This document shows, one piece after another, positions 40,394 to 51,600 of a DNA stretch of 64,000 nucleotides; positions within the stretch are counted from its first letter, which is position 1, and the number at the start of each line of letters is the position of its first letter. A program made the translations under genes and the position numbers. The notes under the pieces were generated by a model. The model was not told where the DNA came from. It saw only the letters and a list, made by a program, of their open reading frames with translations, and ran no database searches. Source of the DNA: Candidatus Tenebribacter burtonii (GTDB lineage Bacteria > Cloacimonadota > Cloacimonadia > Cloacimonadales > TCS61); contig JAVCCF010000023.1 in assembly GCA_030765625.1 (NCBI GenBank), positions 526 through 64,525 of the forward strand, read 5' to 3'.

Positions 40394-42403
40394 ATGAAAA
40401 GAATGTACTTATTTTTACTAACCATAATCTTAATAGCTATTAATGGTTGCGATATTTTCAATACTAATTTTGAAGATTTGGAAGATGCCAGAATGTATGT
40501 TGCGCGCAATTTGACACATGCTCCAGATAATCCTGCGTCTTTGAAAATTATGACCTGGAACATCAAATTTGGAGGAGCACGTATAAATTTCTTCTTTGAT
40601 GGTTGGGGAGATGAAGTTCTTATGAGTGAAGATATTGTTGAGGTGAACACACAAAATATTGCTGATTACATTAATGAAGTCAATCCAGATATTATCTTGC
40701 TTCAGGAATTGGACATTGATAGTAAACGCAGTGCTTATGTAGATCAAATGCAATACATATTGGATGCAACTGACCTAAACTATGGAGTTTATGCATCTCA
40801 ATGGAGGGCAGATTTTGTGCTAAGTGACGGTCTGGGAAGAATGAATTCCGGTAATGCAATAATGAGCAAATGGAGAATTACTGATGCTGTCAGGATCGCG
40901 CTTCCGCTGATTGATCAAGATGGATTAACACAATATTTTTATCTTCGCAGAAATATCTTGAAAACAAGGATCGTTGTACAAGAAGCGTCTGCAGATAGCA
41001 CAAATATTCGAAGTAGTAACTTTGTACAAAGGACTCATTATTTCATAGAGCAGCCAACTGAATTATATGAATTATATGGTGATAACGATGGTGTTGAAGG
41101 AGTTGATTATCCAATGGGCTGGAAAAATAATGCCATAAAATTGAATGATTATAATGGTAAATGGTTGCTTTCGCAAAATGGTTGTAATTTACTTCCTGAT
41201 CCGGATGAAGAACTCACCATCTATCTAGATGATGGATTAGCAAGTAATAACATAATGACAATTGAGGGTGTAAATTATATTGATCCGACTGAAGAGTATC
41301 ATTTTGACATTCTTTCTGAGGGAGTGGATTACGAAGTAGATTATAATACCGGTATTATAATTATGACATTACCTCAAGGTGTAAATAGAATATATTCAAT
41401 CGGAATCACTTATACTCGAAATGATGGGATAGTAGTTGGGAATAGCTCCAGTCCTCCTGTTGAGACAAAGATGCTGCGTATCCGCAATCAGGATGTAACT
41501 GATGAAGATTATTGGGATTTACAAGTTCGGAATATCTACAATATTGGAATACAAAATATTCCAAATTCTAGTTTTGATATGAATGTTTATACTATGCCGG
41601 CTGGTGGTTCAACTCCAAATTATAATGTACCATCAGATGTCATCACACCTAATTTCCCAGATATTACTCTTAATGATTATTTGAGATTAGATAGTAATAA
41701 TGACCTGCAAATTAATGGTGAAGATGCTACTGTCGATTTAGCTACAGGCAATATATATCTTCCTTTTATAAAACCATTTCATGCTCTACATGACTCAATT
41801 ATCTATATTAGTGAAAGTGTACCTTACTCTGAAATTGAAAATTTTATTGCAATTACAATCAATGAACCTGCAAAAGAACTTGATGTTCTCAATATTCATG
41901 CTTCGGCATATTCCAAAGATGGAACAAAAAAAGAACAGATAGATATTTTTAAAGGTGAGTTGGATGATCTTAATTCTGAAGGATTACTCTTCGTAGCAGG
42001 TGGAGATTTTAATGCAATTCCACTCAACTCTTTAAATTGGTTAGAAGAGGGTTTCCCTGATCGTCCAGATGATTTAGGTGAAGATTACGAAGTTGAAGAT
42101 TATGACCTTACAGATATGATAGAATTCTATGCAGATTATTATCCTGATTTATCGTCGGGAGATTATTTTGCTGAAGAAGAAGAAGGTGAGTATGTAAGCC
42201 CATATTATACCCATTCGATCTACATAAATCTTCCGCAGGAAGTTAATTATGACCCTGAAATAATAAATATAGATTGGAATCGAAAACTTGATTATTTATT
42301 CACAAATAATCCAACAGGTTGGATTGCAGGTTCAACTGAAACTCATCAAGATACAAGACAACTTTCTGATCATTGCCCGGTAACTGTGGAACTGGAGTGG
42401 TAA
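40394..42403 (+). CDS. endonuclease/exonuclease/phosphatase (EEP) family lipoprotein with a ~300-aa internal insertion
   Basis: The EEP motifs are split: IMTWNIKFGG, LLQELD and SGNAIMSKW come before the insertion; VLNIHASAY, GGDFN and LSDHCPV come after it. Lipobox INGC. I chose the ATG at 40394, 7 nt after AAAGGAG; the track start is a GTG at 40367. Confidence 0.75.
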   Translation: MKRMYLFLLTIILIAINGCDIFNTNFEDLEDARMYVARNLTHAPDNPASLKIMTWNIKFGGARINFFFDGWGDEVLMSEDIVEVNTQNIADYINEVNPDIILLQELDIDSKRSAYVDQMQYILDATDLNYGVYASQWRADFVLSDGLGRMNSGNAIMSKWRITDAVRIALPLIDQDGLTQYFYLRRNILKTRIVVQEASADSTNIRSSNFVQRTHYFIEQPTELYELYGDNDGVEGVDYPMGWKNNAIKLNDYNGKWLLSQNGCNLLPDPDEELTIYLDDGLASNNIMTIEGVNYIDPTEEYHFDILSEGVDYEVDYNTGIIIMTLPQGVNRIYSIGITYTRNDGIVVGNSSSPPVETKMLRIRNQDVTDEDYWDLQVRNIYNIGIQNIPNSSFDMNVYTMPAGGSTPNYNVPSDVITPNFPDITLNDYLRLDSNNDLQINGEDATVDLATGNIYLPFIKPFHALHDSIIYISESVPYSEIENFIAITINEPAKELDVLNIHASAYSKDGTKKEQIDIFKGELDDLNSEGLLFVAGGDFNAIPLNSLNWLEEGFPDRPDDLGEDYEVEDYDLTDMIEFYADYYPDLSSGDYFAEEEEGEYVSPYYTHSIYINLPQEVNYDPEIINIDWNRKLDYLFTNNPTGWIAGSTETHQDTRQLSDHCPVTVELEW

Positions 42404-42404
42404 A

Positions 42405-43172
42405 ATGAAGAAGATAATAATAATATTAATAATTAGTTTTGTAATGTTATCTTTGTCGGCAGAAACCGTTATTTGGTCTAAAGGAACAACAGATGTTCTT
42501 CCACAGGGAAGATGGGAGATAGGAATTTTCCAATCGCTTAGTTACGGTCTGAATGAAACCACAGAACTTTCTACATACGCACTGGCAGATTTTATTATGC
42601 CGAACATAACAGTGAAAAAATTCTGGAAAGATATGGAAGGCTGGAAATTTGCTTCCAAACATAGTTTACTTTATCCATCCATACTTTTAAATGTAATTGC
42701 CAAAGAAGGAGCTCTTGGTATTCTCCCAGATAATTCAGTTATCCCTCATATATTTGTTTTAAATAATCAATTCATGCTTTCTTATCGTTATAATGAATAC
42801 TTTAAAATAATTCCTAAAATAGGTTTTTCTGTAGCGTTAGTAAGTGGTGATAGCGATTTTCCAACAATTGATATGCCGATTGTTTATAACAGAACATCCA
42901 TTTATCATGAAACCGCAATGTTCAATGTTGGATTGGATGTGAGAGGGAATATTTCACCTAAGTTTGAATATTTGGTTGATGTTGATAAATTCATTATGGA
43001 CAAAGAATATTGTGAATATTCATATGAACATAAAGCGCTCATTATTTGGAAGATAAACCGCAGGTTTGCTCTCTCGGGTGGATATAAGCTTTGTTATTCA
43101 GATTATCCTTCAAAAATGCAGAGAAGCACTAATATTATTCCTTTGATCGATTTACAGGTTGGATTTAAGTAA
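42405..43172 (+). CDS. small putative outer-membrane beta-barrel protein
   Basis: Signal peptide, an alternating pattern and a C-terminal ...IDLQVGFK. It starts 1 nt after the EEP gene stop. Confidence 0.45.
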   Translation: MKKIIIILIISFVMLSLSAETVIWSKGTTDVLPQGRWEIGIFQSLSYGLNETTELSTYALADFIMPNITVKKFWKDMEGWKFASKHSLLYPSILLNVIAKEGALGILPDNSVIPHIFVLNNQFMLSYRYNEYFKIIPKIGFSVALVSGDSDFPTIDMPIVYNRTSIYHETAMFNVGLDVRGNISPKFEYLVDVDKFIMDKEYCEYSYEHKALIIWKINRRFALSGGYKLCYSDYPSKMQRSTNIIPLIDLQVGFK

Positions 43173-43345
43173 AAGAGATAATTATATACGGTTAAGTTAT
43201 TTAGTATAACGGGTTGTTAAATTAGTACAAATTTATTGAATAACCTTAATAAATAAATTGTTTGACAAAAATAGACTGAGATCCAAGCATATATATATGT
43301 AAATCTATTATTAAATTAAATTTAACGTGTAAAAGGAGGTGCTTA

Positions 43346-45607
43346 ATGAAAGTCTTACAATCAGTTTGTACATTCACTTTTATTTTAGCCTTTTTAATTT
43401 TCGGTTGTTCAAAAAATAATCCTACATCTTGTGATGGAGATATAGAGAGTTTAATTGAAATCTCTTTTACTGACGATAAAGTCATGAATGAAAACAACTC
43501 ATTGGAATATACTTATACCCAAGGGATTACATGGGAAGCACTTATTGAAGATGAACCACTTTATGCTTATCGGATTACTACATCGAATGGTGAATTACCT
43601 GCAAGTATTCTCACAGATACAGATGGTTGGGTCTATCAAAATGATCCACAGGATGAAAACACAATTTGGACAAATATTAGAGAGCTACAAATGAGTTTTA
43701 ATTCTGTAAATGGAATGCTGGAACATATTATTACAATATTCGAAGTTAAACTTCTGATAGATGATAAGGAAAGCGATGTTGTAACTGCTAGCTTCTTTGA
43801 TTTTAGGGAGATTGGTACAATACTATCAACCACCGCTGGAGATTGCAATGGACAAACAACTGGAACAGGATTAACTTTTTTAATTCGAGAAAAAATACAG
43901 GATATATTTGTTGATGGACTCTACGCAGATCATTTTATGTATAGAGTGAATATAATTAGTGAAATAGACAGCACAATAATCAGCGAAGGAGAATGGTTTA
44001 ATTCTATTAATTGCGAAGATATTCGAAAAGTAGAATTGACTGGTATTACAATTCCTTCACTTATTCCAAATGAAAATAGTGAACTCACACAATTTGAAAC
44101 ATACATAGTAACCAGAAGTGGTTACGCAGATATTGATAATCCTGCTATAGCTAACTTCAAAGTTCAGGAAGGTTTTTATCCTGGTACAATAATATATTAC
44201 GGTGAAGATAATGCAAATGCAAATGGAATTTATGCACTTGGAACTCATCATTTTGCGACCTATTTGGATGATGGCATCTCAGATGTATTACCCTCAGTGC
44301 AAATTTTTGATGGAACACATTTCGCAACTGCTTTTTGGTATGATAGTGAAGAAAAATATACAGCTATTGGAAGTGATGACTTTGAAATCTTTATGAGATG
44401 GGGTTATAATGGAGAATTTGAAAATAATAATCCACATAAACAAAGAGAGGATATAACTCTAGATGAATTAACAGGTGAGACCTATTTTTCTGAAATTGTT
44501 GGGTATGATTTAAGATTAGATGGCGAACCATATTATTATCCATCAATTCCTGCAATTGGAGAAAATCTTCAAGTTGATATTGACGGTACAGAATGGCTTA
44601 GAGTAAGTGTTAATGATGAAATTGGTCAAGAAACAATATTATCACTTACGAGTTTTAATGGTCTACTTGAATATATGTATGGTGAACATACATTTGAAGT
44701 TAGGGCTATTGATCTACAAGGTGCAGTAGATCTTACTCCTCATGAATTTACATTTACTATAGTACCACCTGTGCCTAAAGAAGAAAAATCTGGTGTTCTG
44801 ATCTTAGATGATGAACCTGATTATCCAAACATTTCTCCAGGGGAATTAATTGATACTTTTTATGAATATATTGTTTCAGACTACACAACAGAACCTGGTT
44901 ATATTAACAGAGATGAGATTCAGCAATTTTGGATGGATGGACTGCATTATGGAAAATCAATTATTGCACCTTCTGATATACAACAGTATAAAACGATAAT
45001 TTATCATGCTGATAATCCAACTGCAGAATTTAATTTTTGGAAAGAGTTTGAGTCATTAAAGATTTATCTTTTACAAGGTGGTAATTTAATTCTAAGTTCT
45101 GGTTCTGAGCTTAAAATTACTCACAATAAATGTTCACAGAATAATTTCAATATCTTTGAACAATACTTCGGGATTCCAATGAATAATGAGGATGCTATTG
45201 ATTATGTATCAACATCATTTACTGATAATCCATTCTTCATACAAGCAATTACAGAAGGAAGCTACAATGATATTGATCTGTTGTTACCAAGTTTTAATGT
45301 TACAATTACTAATCCATATGCACCGATTTTAAGCGTAAATGGTCTCGGTCCAGTAGCTTATTTTAATGATCATGAAGCAGAAGTCATCTATAGTTATGGA
45401 TGTAAAGATGTTGGTGAAGATCCTCCTGGATGTCCTTATCACATCATTCCAACTCAAGAGGAGTATGACCAATTTAATGGATTACCAGTTGCCCTCAGAT
45501 ATGTAACTCCAAATAATGCATGCTTTCTATTTGGTTTTCCTCTTGCTTATATGGAGCCTGATCAAGTTAAATCTATGATGACGCAAATTTTAAATGAACT
45601 CGAATAA
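43346..45607 (+). CDS. 753-aa lipoprotein, unknown function
   Basis: Lipobox LIFGCS and an AAGGAGG RBS. No family recognised. Confidence 0.6.
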   Translation: MKVLQSVCTFTFILAFLIFGCSKNNPTSCDGDIESLIEISFTDDKVMNENNSLEYTYTQGITWEALIEDEPLYAYRITTSNGELPASILTDTDGWVYQNDPQDENTIWTNIRELQMSFNSVNGMLEHIITIFEVKLLIDDKESDVVTASFFDFREIGTILSTTAGDCNGQTTGTGLTFLIREKIQDIFVDGLYADHFMYRVNIISEIDSTIISEGEWFNSINCEDIRKVELTGITIPSLIPNENSELTQFETYIVTRSGYADIDNPAIANFKVQEGFYPGTIIYYGEDNANANGIYALGTHHFATYLDDGISDVLPSVQIFDGTHFATAFWYDSEEKYTAIGSDDFEIFMRWGYNGEFENNNPHKQREDITLDELTGETYFSEIVGYDLRLDGEPYYYPSIPAIGENLQVDIDGTEWLRVSVNDEIGQETILSLTSFNGLLEYMYGEHTFEVRAIDLQGAVDLTPHEFTFTIVPPVPKEEKSGVLILDDEPDYPNISPGELIDTFYEYIVSDYTTEPGYINRDEIQQFWMDGLHYGKSIIAPSDIQQYKTIIYHADNPTAEFNFWKEFESLKIYLLQGGNLILSSGSELKITHNKCSQNNFNIFEQYFGIPMNNEDAIDYVSTSFTDNPFFIQAITEGSYNDIDLLLPSFNVTITNPYAPILSVNGLGPVAYFNDHEAEVIYSYGCKDVGEDPPGCPYHIIPTQEEYDQFNGLPVALRYVTPNNACFLFGFPLAYMEPDQVKSMMTQILNELE

Positions 45608-45618
45608 GGGGTGAAAGA

Positions 45619-48051
45619 ATGAAAAAAAATACAATTTTAGTAATTATTCTAATTTCTTTTACGTTTCTTTTTGGATTATCAAATGAAGAGTCTTTTTCTT
45701 CGAGAATGCTTGATACTTCTACAACCCATGATGCAAGTAATATATGGTTTCGAGTTAGCAACTATGGATTTATTGGCTCAGGTGAAACAGATCCTAAATG
45801 GCCTTCACTTGAGTTTCCTGCAGGTTCATCTATTGACTATTTATACCTCGGTGGTTTGTGGTTTGGAGCGAAGAAATTAAGAAGAGATGATAATGGTGAA
45901 CAAATATACTGGCAGAATTATCCTCCACTAAATGATGACGATACAACAAATAATATTACACAATGGAGAGTTGTAGATACCTTAACAACGGTAGGTTGTG
46001 ATGGCTGGCATCGGATAAATGAATTTTTACCAGCATATAATCCTCTGGAAGCTTCTTATCTTGGGGGACAATATTTTTTTTATAACATATTTGATTCAGT
46101 TATCAAGAATGTTGGTGATCGCCTGGATTTTGATGACGATGGTGATGGATTGATAGATGAAGATCCATTAGGAAACCCTTTTGATGTTAATGATCCTACA
46201 GGTTTATATTGTTTTACAAATCCTGTTGATGAAGACGTAGATGGTTTAATTGATGAAGATTGTAATTATCCTGGTTTTGAATCTTCGATTGCATATTCCT
46301 ATGATTTTAGTCCTTTCGAAAACGGTAATCCTGATCCTGATAGAGACTATGGTTCTAGTGCCGGCTCAAATAATCATGTGTCATTAGACATTACCTTAGT
46401 ACAGGAAATTTATTCCTGGCCCGTTCAATATTATGGAAATATGATATTAATAAAAAACATTATATACAATCATTCAACCATCGATACACTTTTTGACTTA
46501 AGTTATGCATATTATGCAGATGCGGATATTGGACCTCAAGCTTTTGGGGGTTCTGCTATTGCACCAGATGATATTAGTAGTTATAATGGAGATGAATATA
46601 ATTTTGCCTATGCCTATGATGCAGATGCTGATGGTGGTCTTTCTACAGGATATTTGGGTTTAAAAATTTTACATCCGGATAATTTGGATGAACAGTGTTG
46701 GACGTGGGATGTGAGTTGGGGTCCAGATGATTGGCAGCCATTGCAATATACATCAACTACTAATGAAACAGCCAATGAGAAATACTGGTTATTAACTGGA
46801 AGAAATCCTTATGATAATTATGCTGTTAGTATTAAAGATTATCCAGAATATCAGATTAACAATTTCCCTAATGGAACTGACACAAGATTTTTATATACGA
46901 TTTATGGAGATATGCAAGGCTATTCTAATCCTACTCCTAATTCACTTAATCTTGCCCCTGGAGATAGTTATGAATTTTATACATTGATTTTTATGGGAGA
47001 TTCAATCCAAGAGCTGGAAAATAATCTGACTTTGATGGAAAATTTTATTGCCTCTGGATTCGATTATTCCTTATTTAATGGTTTACCAAGTATACCTTAT
47101 TTGAGTGATGTTCAAGATGCTAATTTTGTAGCGGATGCAAGAGTTAGATGGAATGTTCTTTCAGCACCTGATGAATTCAGAGTATATTATAAAGTAGCTG
47201 AAGCACCTGCATATACATGGGAATATATTGTTGTAGATCATGCTTTATCGGAATATACTATCACAGATTTGCAACCTGAAACAGAGTATAAATTTAAAGT
47301 AGCTTGTCTTTATGATGAAGTATATTTGGAAAGCAGAACATTAACTGTTCTTATAACTGAGGAAAATCAGTATATCTGGTCCGGTGATACGGATAATAAT
47401 GGATATGTTGATGAAGATGATATTATTCCTATCGGAGTGTATTGGAGAGAAGAAGGAAATGCCCGAGATCAGGTTTCATTCAGCTGGGTAGAAAATAATT
47501 ATCCAACTAATTGGGATGAGCAATATGCTCCTTTTGCAGACTGTAATGGTGATGGTGTTGTAAACATTACAGATATTCTTGGAATATGTTTGAATTGGAA
47601 CTTAACACATTCGAATGCAATGAATATACCACCAATAGAATGTGATGATTTGGAGCAATATCGTGAGAATTTTATTGAAATTTATCATGAACTTGGTACA
47701 AGTGAGATTGAAATTCTATTAAAAAATAGCATAGCACAGAAATTTGATCTTCCAATAATTGAAATTGTTGAAACTAACAAACTTGCCCAGAATTTCCCTA
47801 ATCCTTTTAATCCATCTACAAGCATCTCATATAGTTTAATAGATGAAGGGAAAGTAGAACTTAACATATATAATATCAGAGGTCAGCTTGTTAAAAAGCT
47901 TTTAAATGAAAATCAACTTATTGGAAATCACGCGGCTATCTGGGATGGGACAGATTTCAATGAACAAAAAGTAAGTAGTGGATTATACTTTTATAGATTG
48001 AGAGTTAATGATAAAATGATTGATACAAAAAAAATGATAATGTTGAAATAA
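45619..48051 (+). CDS. T9SS-sorted protein with Ca-binding D-rich repeats, an FN3-like domain and a dockerin-like module
   Basis: DFDDDGDGLIDEDP and DEDVDGLIDED (thrombospondin-type-3-like). FN3-like segment EFRVYYKV...TDLQPETEYKFKV. Two dockerin-like repeats, GDTDNNGYVDEDDIIPIGVYW and ADCNGDGVVNITDILGICLNW (~47380-47610). C-terminal NFPNPFNPSTSISY...SSGLYFYRL...KKMIMLK. Confidence 0.7.
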   Translation: MKKNTILVIILISFTFLFGLSNEESFSSRMLDTSTTHDASNIWFRVSNYGFIGSGETDPKWPSLEFPAGSSIDYLYLGGLWFGAKKLRRDDNGEQIYWQNYPPLNDDDTTNNITQWRVVDTLTTVGCDGWHRINEFLPAYNPLEASYLGGQYFFYNIFDSVIKNVGDRLDFDDDGDGLIDEDPLGNPFDVNDPTGLYCFTNPVDEDVDGLIDEDCNYPGFESSIAYSYDFSPFENGNPDPDRDYGSSAGSNNHVSLDITLVQEIYSWPVQYYGNMILIKNIIYNHSTIDTLFDLSYAYYADADIGPQAFGGSAIAPDDISSYNGDEYNFAYAYDADADGGLSTGYLGLKILHPDNLDEQCWTWDVSWGPDDWQPLQYTSTTNETANEKYWLLTGRNPYDNYAVSIKDYPEYQINNFPNGTDTRFLYTIYGDMQGYSNPTPNSLNLAPGDSYEFYTLIFMGDSIQELENNLTLMENFIASGFDYSLFNGLPSIPYLSDVQDANFVADARVRWNVLSAPDEFRVYYKVAEAPAYTWEYIVVDHALSEYTITDLQPETEYKFKVACLYDEVYLESRTLTVLITEENQYIWSGDTDNNGYVDEDDIIPIGVYWREEGNARDQVSFSWVENNYPTNWDEQYAPFADCNGDGVVNITDILGICLNWNLTHSNAMNIPPIECDDLEQYRENFIEIYHELGTSEIEILLKNSIAQKFDLPIIEIVETNKLAQNFPNPFNPSTSISYSLIDEGKVELNIYNIRGQLVKKLLNENQLIGNHAAIWDGTDFNEQKVSSGLYFYRLRVNDKMIDTKKMIMLK

Positions 48052-48063
48052 GAGGAATTGTAT

Positions 48064-48567
48064 ATGAAACCATTAATTATGTGGATAATGTTTTTTTCAG
48101 TATTTTTTTTCTCATGTTCAGAAAGTAGTACTGAACCTGAAACAGATTTAACTTCTTCAATTACACCTTCAGAACAAACAGTTGGTTTAGATATAGAGGC
48201 TACTTTTTCAGTCGAAATTGAAAATATTGCAGATCTTTTTGCTTTTTCATGTGAAATAGTTTTCGATAGTACATTAGTGACTTTACCGGAAAATCCTTTA
48301 ACTATTGGTTCTTTCTGGTCTGCAGATTACATATCCACAAGCATCAGTGACAATGATAGATTAAATATTGCAATTGGCTTAGAACAATCTTCTGGAATTG
48401 ATGGTCTAAGTGGTAATGGTGTTTTGTTCGACTTCAGAGTAAAAGGAATTCAATTTGGTTCAAGTAGTCTAACTTTTGAGAATATAACTCTAATCAATGA
48501 TGAAGGTGAACCCGTTGATGGTTTTGATAATATTACTTTATCAGATGGATTGATAATTATTCAATAG
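48064..48567 (+). CDS. cohesin-like domain lipoprotein
   Basis: Lipobox FFSC. About 135 aa carry a cohesin-type pattern (FSVEIENIADLFAFSCEIVFDSTLVTL ... GNGVLFDFRVKGIQFGSSSLTFENITLINDEG). I chose the ATG at 48064, 7 nt after GAGGA. Confidence 0.55.
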   Translation: MKPLIMWIMFFSVFFFSCSESSTEPETDLTSSITPSEQTVGLDIEATFSVEIENIADLFAFSCEIVFDSTLVTLPENPLTIGSFWSADYISTSISDNDRLNIAIGLEQSSGIDGLSGNGVLFDFRVKGIQFGSSSLTFENITLINDEGEPVDGFDNITLSDGLIIIQ

Positions 48568-48691
48568 AAAATTAGAAAAGAAGATCTAATATAAGTAATA
48601 ATAAATACAAATCGTCTACTAACTAAAAGACTATCTTTTTGGCTCAAAATTTGCATAATAATTATAAAAAAAATAAGAAAAGGATTTTATT

Positions 48692-51600
48692 ATGAAAAAA
48701 ACATTTATTGTTCTATTTATTATTTCAGCAATTTGTTTAAATGCCAGCATAATTGAAAAAACATATCATTTTGGTAATTATAAAATTTCTGAAATGGAAG
48801 GTTTTCAAACAATTGAATTTAAAGATGCACAACAGCAAGCAAAAACAGGTGAGCCGGTTCTTCCATACATTTCTGTTTCACTTTTACTTTCCCCAGGAGA
48901 AATTGCAGAATCAATTGAGATGATTGGAAGTAATAAAAAACTAATCTCTGGAACTTATCAATTATATCCCAAACAACAAGTGAAACCTGTTTCAATGCCA
49001 GGCTCAAGTGAAATAATAAAAAATAATATAATTTACAATTCATCTGATGTATATCCAAAAAAACAAAACGGTGAGTTGGTAACACAGTTTTTACATGGTT
49101 ACTCAATTGCACTAACTACATTCACACCCGTAATGTATATTCCCGTAACAGGAACACTTTCTTATTTTGAAGATGTAAAAATTATCATTCACACAAAACC
49201 GGATATTAAAGCACAAAATGCAATGAATAATTTACTTTCAAATGAAGCAGTTAATAGTAGAATAAACAGAATTTCACAAAATCCAGAAATGATAAGTTAC
49301 TATCCTATTGTTAATTCACGTGAAGGAGAATATCAATTACTGATTATTACACCTTCCCAGTTTGAAGATGATTTTGATGAAATACGCGAAGTTTATCTTC
49401 AACAGGGAATGATCTCTGAAGTTAAAACAACAGAAGATATTTATTCCTCTATAACTGGTCAGGATCAGCCGGAGAAAATAAGGAATTATATTATTCAGGA
49501 ATACCAAAATCATGAGATAGAGTATGTTTTACTTGCCGGTGATGTTGAGCATATTCCGTACCGTGGATTTTATTGTACCGTAAACTCGGGAGGTGGTTAT
49601 GAAGATAACAACATCCCTTCTGATCTTTATTATTCTGCTCTGGATGGAAACTGGAATGATGACGGTGATAATAATTGGGGTGAGATTGGTGAAGATGATC
49701 TTTTACCAGAAGTCGCAGTTGCCAGGTTTTCTTTTAGCAGTACAATAGATCTTAATAATATGCTAAATAAAACGATTTCTTATCAAACACAACCTGTACT
49801 TGGTGAACTTCGTGATCCCCTTATGCTCGGGGAATATCTTTCTGGTAATCCTTTAACCTGGGGAGCAGATTATCTGGATATGTTAATAGGTTTTCACGAT
49901 GATAACGGCTATGAAACTACCGGTATTCCCGAAGACCACGACATAACAACTTTGTATGATCGAGATGTAGGAACATGGTCTTCATCCCAATTGATAACTG
50001 AGATAAATGAAGGACATTCATTTATTCATCACGTGGGACATGCAAATGCAGAATATACAATGAGATTAAATAATCCAGATATTACAAATTCTAATTTTAA
50101 TTTGGTGAATGGTGTTGATCACAACTATACATTTGTTTACACTCATGGTTGTATTTGTGGTTCTTATGATCACAACGATTGCATTGGTGAAAGAATGATA
50201 AATATCGAGAATTTCCTGGTCGCATTTGTAGGAAACTCCCGTTACGGCTGGTTTAACGAAGGTCAAACTGAAGGTCCTTCTGCTCATATTCATCGGGAAT
50301 TTGCTGATGCACTTTATACAGATAAATACCATCGTATAGGTCGAGCTCATATGGAATCTAAAACGGCAACAGCTCCATGGGTAACAGCTCCGGGACAATG
50401 GGAAGAAGGAGCATTACGTTGGTGTTTCTATGACTGTAATGTTCTTGGTGGTTCCGCACTTCCTATATGGACAGATGAACCAATCGAGCTTGTTACAAAT
50501 TTTCCACCTATAATTATACAAGGTCAAATTTCATTGCCAGTTGAAATACAAAATAATGGAAATCCAGTAGAAAATATCCAGTGTACACTTCTTCAAAATG
50601 GAGAATTTATTGGAACCGCTACCACAAATTTTTCTGGAGATGCGATAATTACTTTTGATCCGAATTCAATAATAATTGGTGATATAGAATTATATATAAG
50701 TGGATATAATCGCCCAACAGAAATGCATCAATTACAAGTTATTCCAAATGGTTATTTTGTTGATGTCTCTGATTATTCAGTTCTCTCAGGGAACGATAAT
50801 GTAATTGAATTTGGTGAAAATGCTTTGTTAAGTTTAACATTAGAAGAAGTTGGAAACGTTGGAGATATTCATAATGTAGTTGTGGAAATATCCTCTACAG
50901 ATGAATATATAATAATAAATGATTATGAGGAAAATGTAGGAATTATTCCAAGTGGAGGAATAATTGATCTGGTTAATGCTTTCGATTTTGATATTGATAA
51001 TAATATTCCTGATGAACATTTAATTGAGATCAATATTGTAATCACAGCAGATGAAGGTGAATGGTATACAAATATTGGTCTTATTGGTTACAATGCAGTA
51101 TTGGAAATGAACAGTGTGGAAGTTATCGATGGAGATAATAATGTTCTTGATCCCGGTGATACTGCCGAAATAATAATTGAAATTCATAATTCTGGCGGGG
51201 CAGATATGTATAATTTAATTACTTCCATTTCTTCTTCTAATCCTGATATTATAATTACAAATTTGCCTGTTCTTCTAGATTCTCTAAATGCAGACGGTTT
51301 AGAAACTATTGTGGTTTGTTCTATAGAAGTTAGTGAGGATGCACAGATCGGAGATGTAATTGATTTCAGTTTAGAGATTACTGCAGATAGTGAATTTAGT
51401 TTCTTTGAAAATTTTGAATTAATTGTAGGAATTTTAATTGAGGATTTTGAAAGTGGCGATTTCACTGAGTTTTGTTGGCAGCATGGTGGAGATGCAGAGT
51501 GGACGATTGATGATGAGGTTTATGAAGGAAATTTTTCAGCAAAAACAGGCAATATTGGCAATAATAGTTATACAAGCCTTTCAGAGGATCTTACTGTTTA

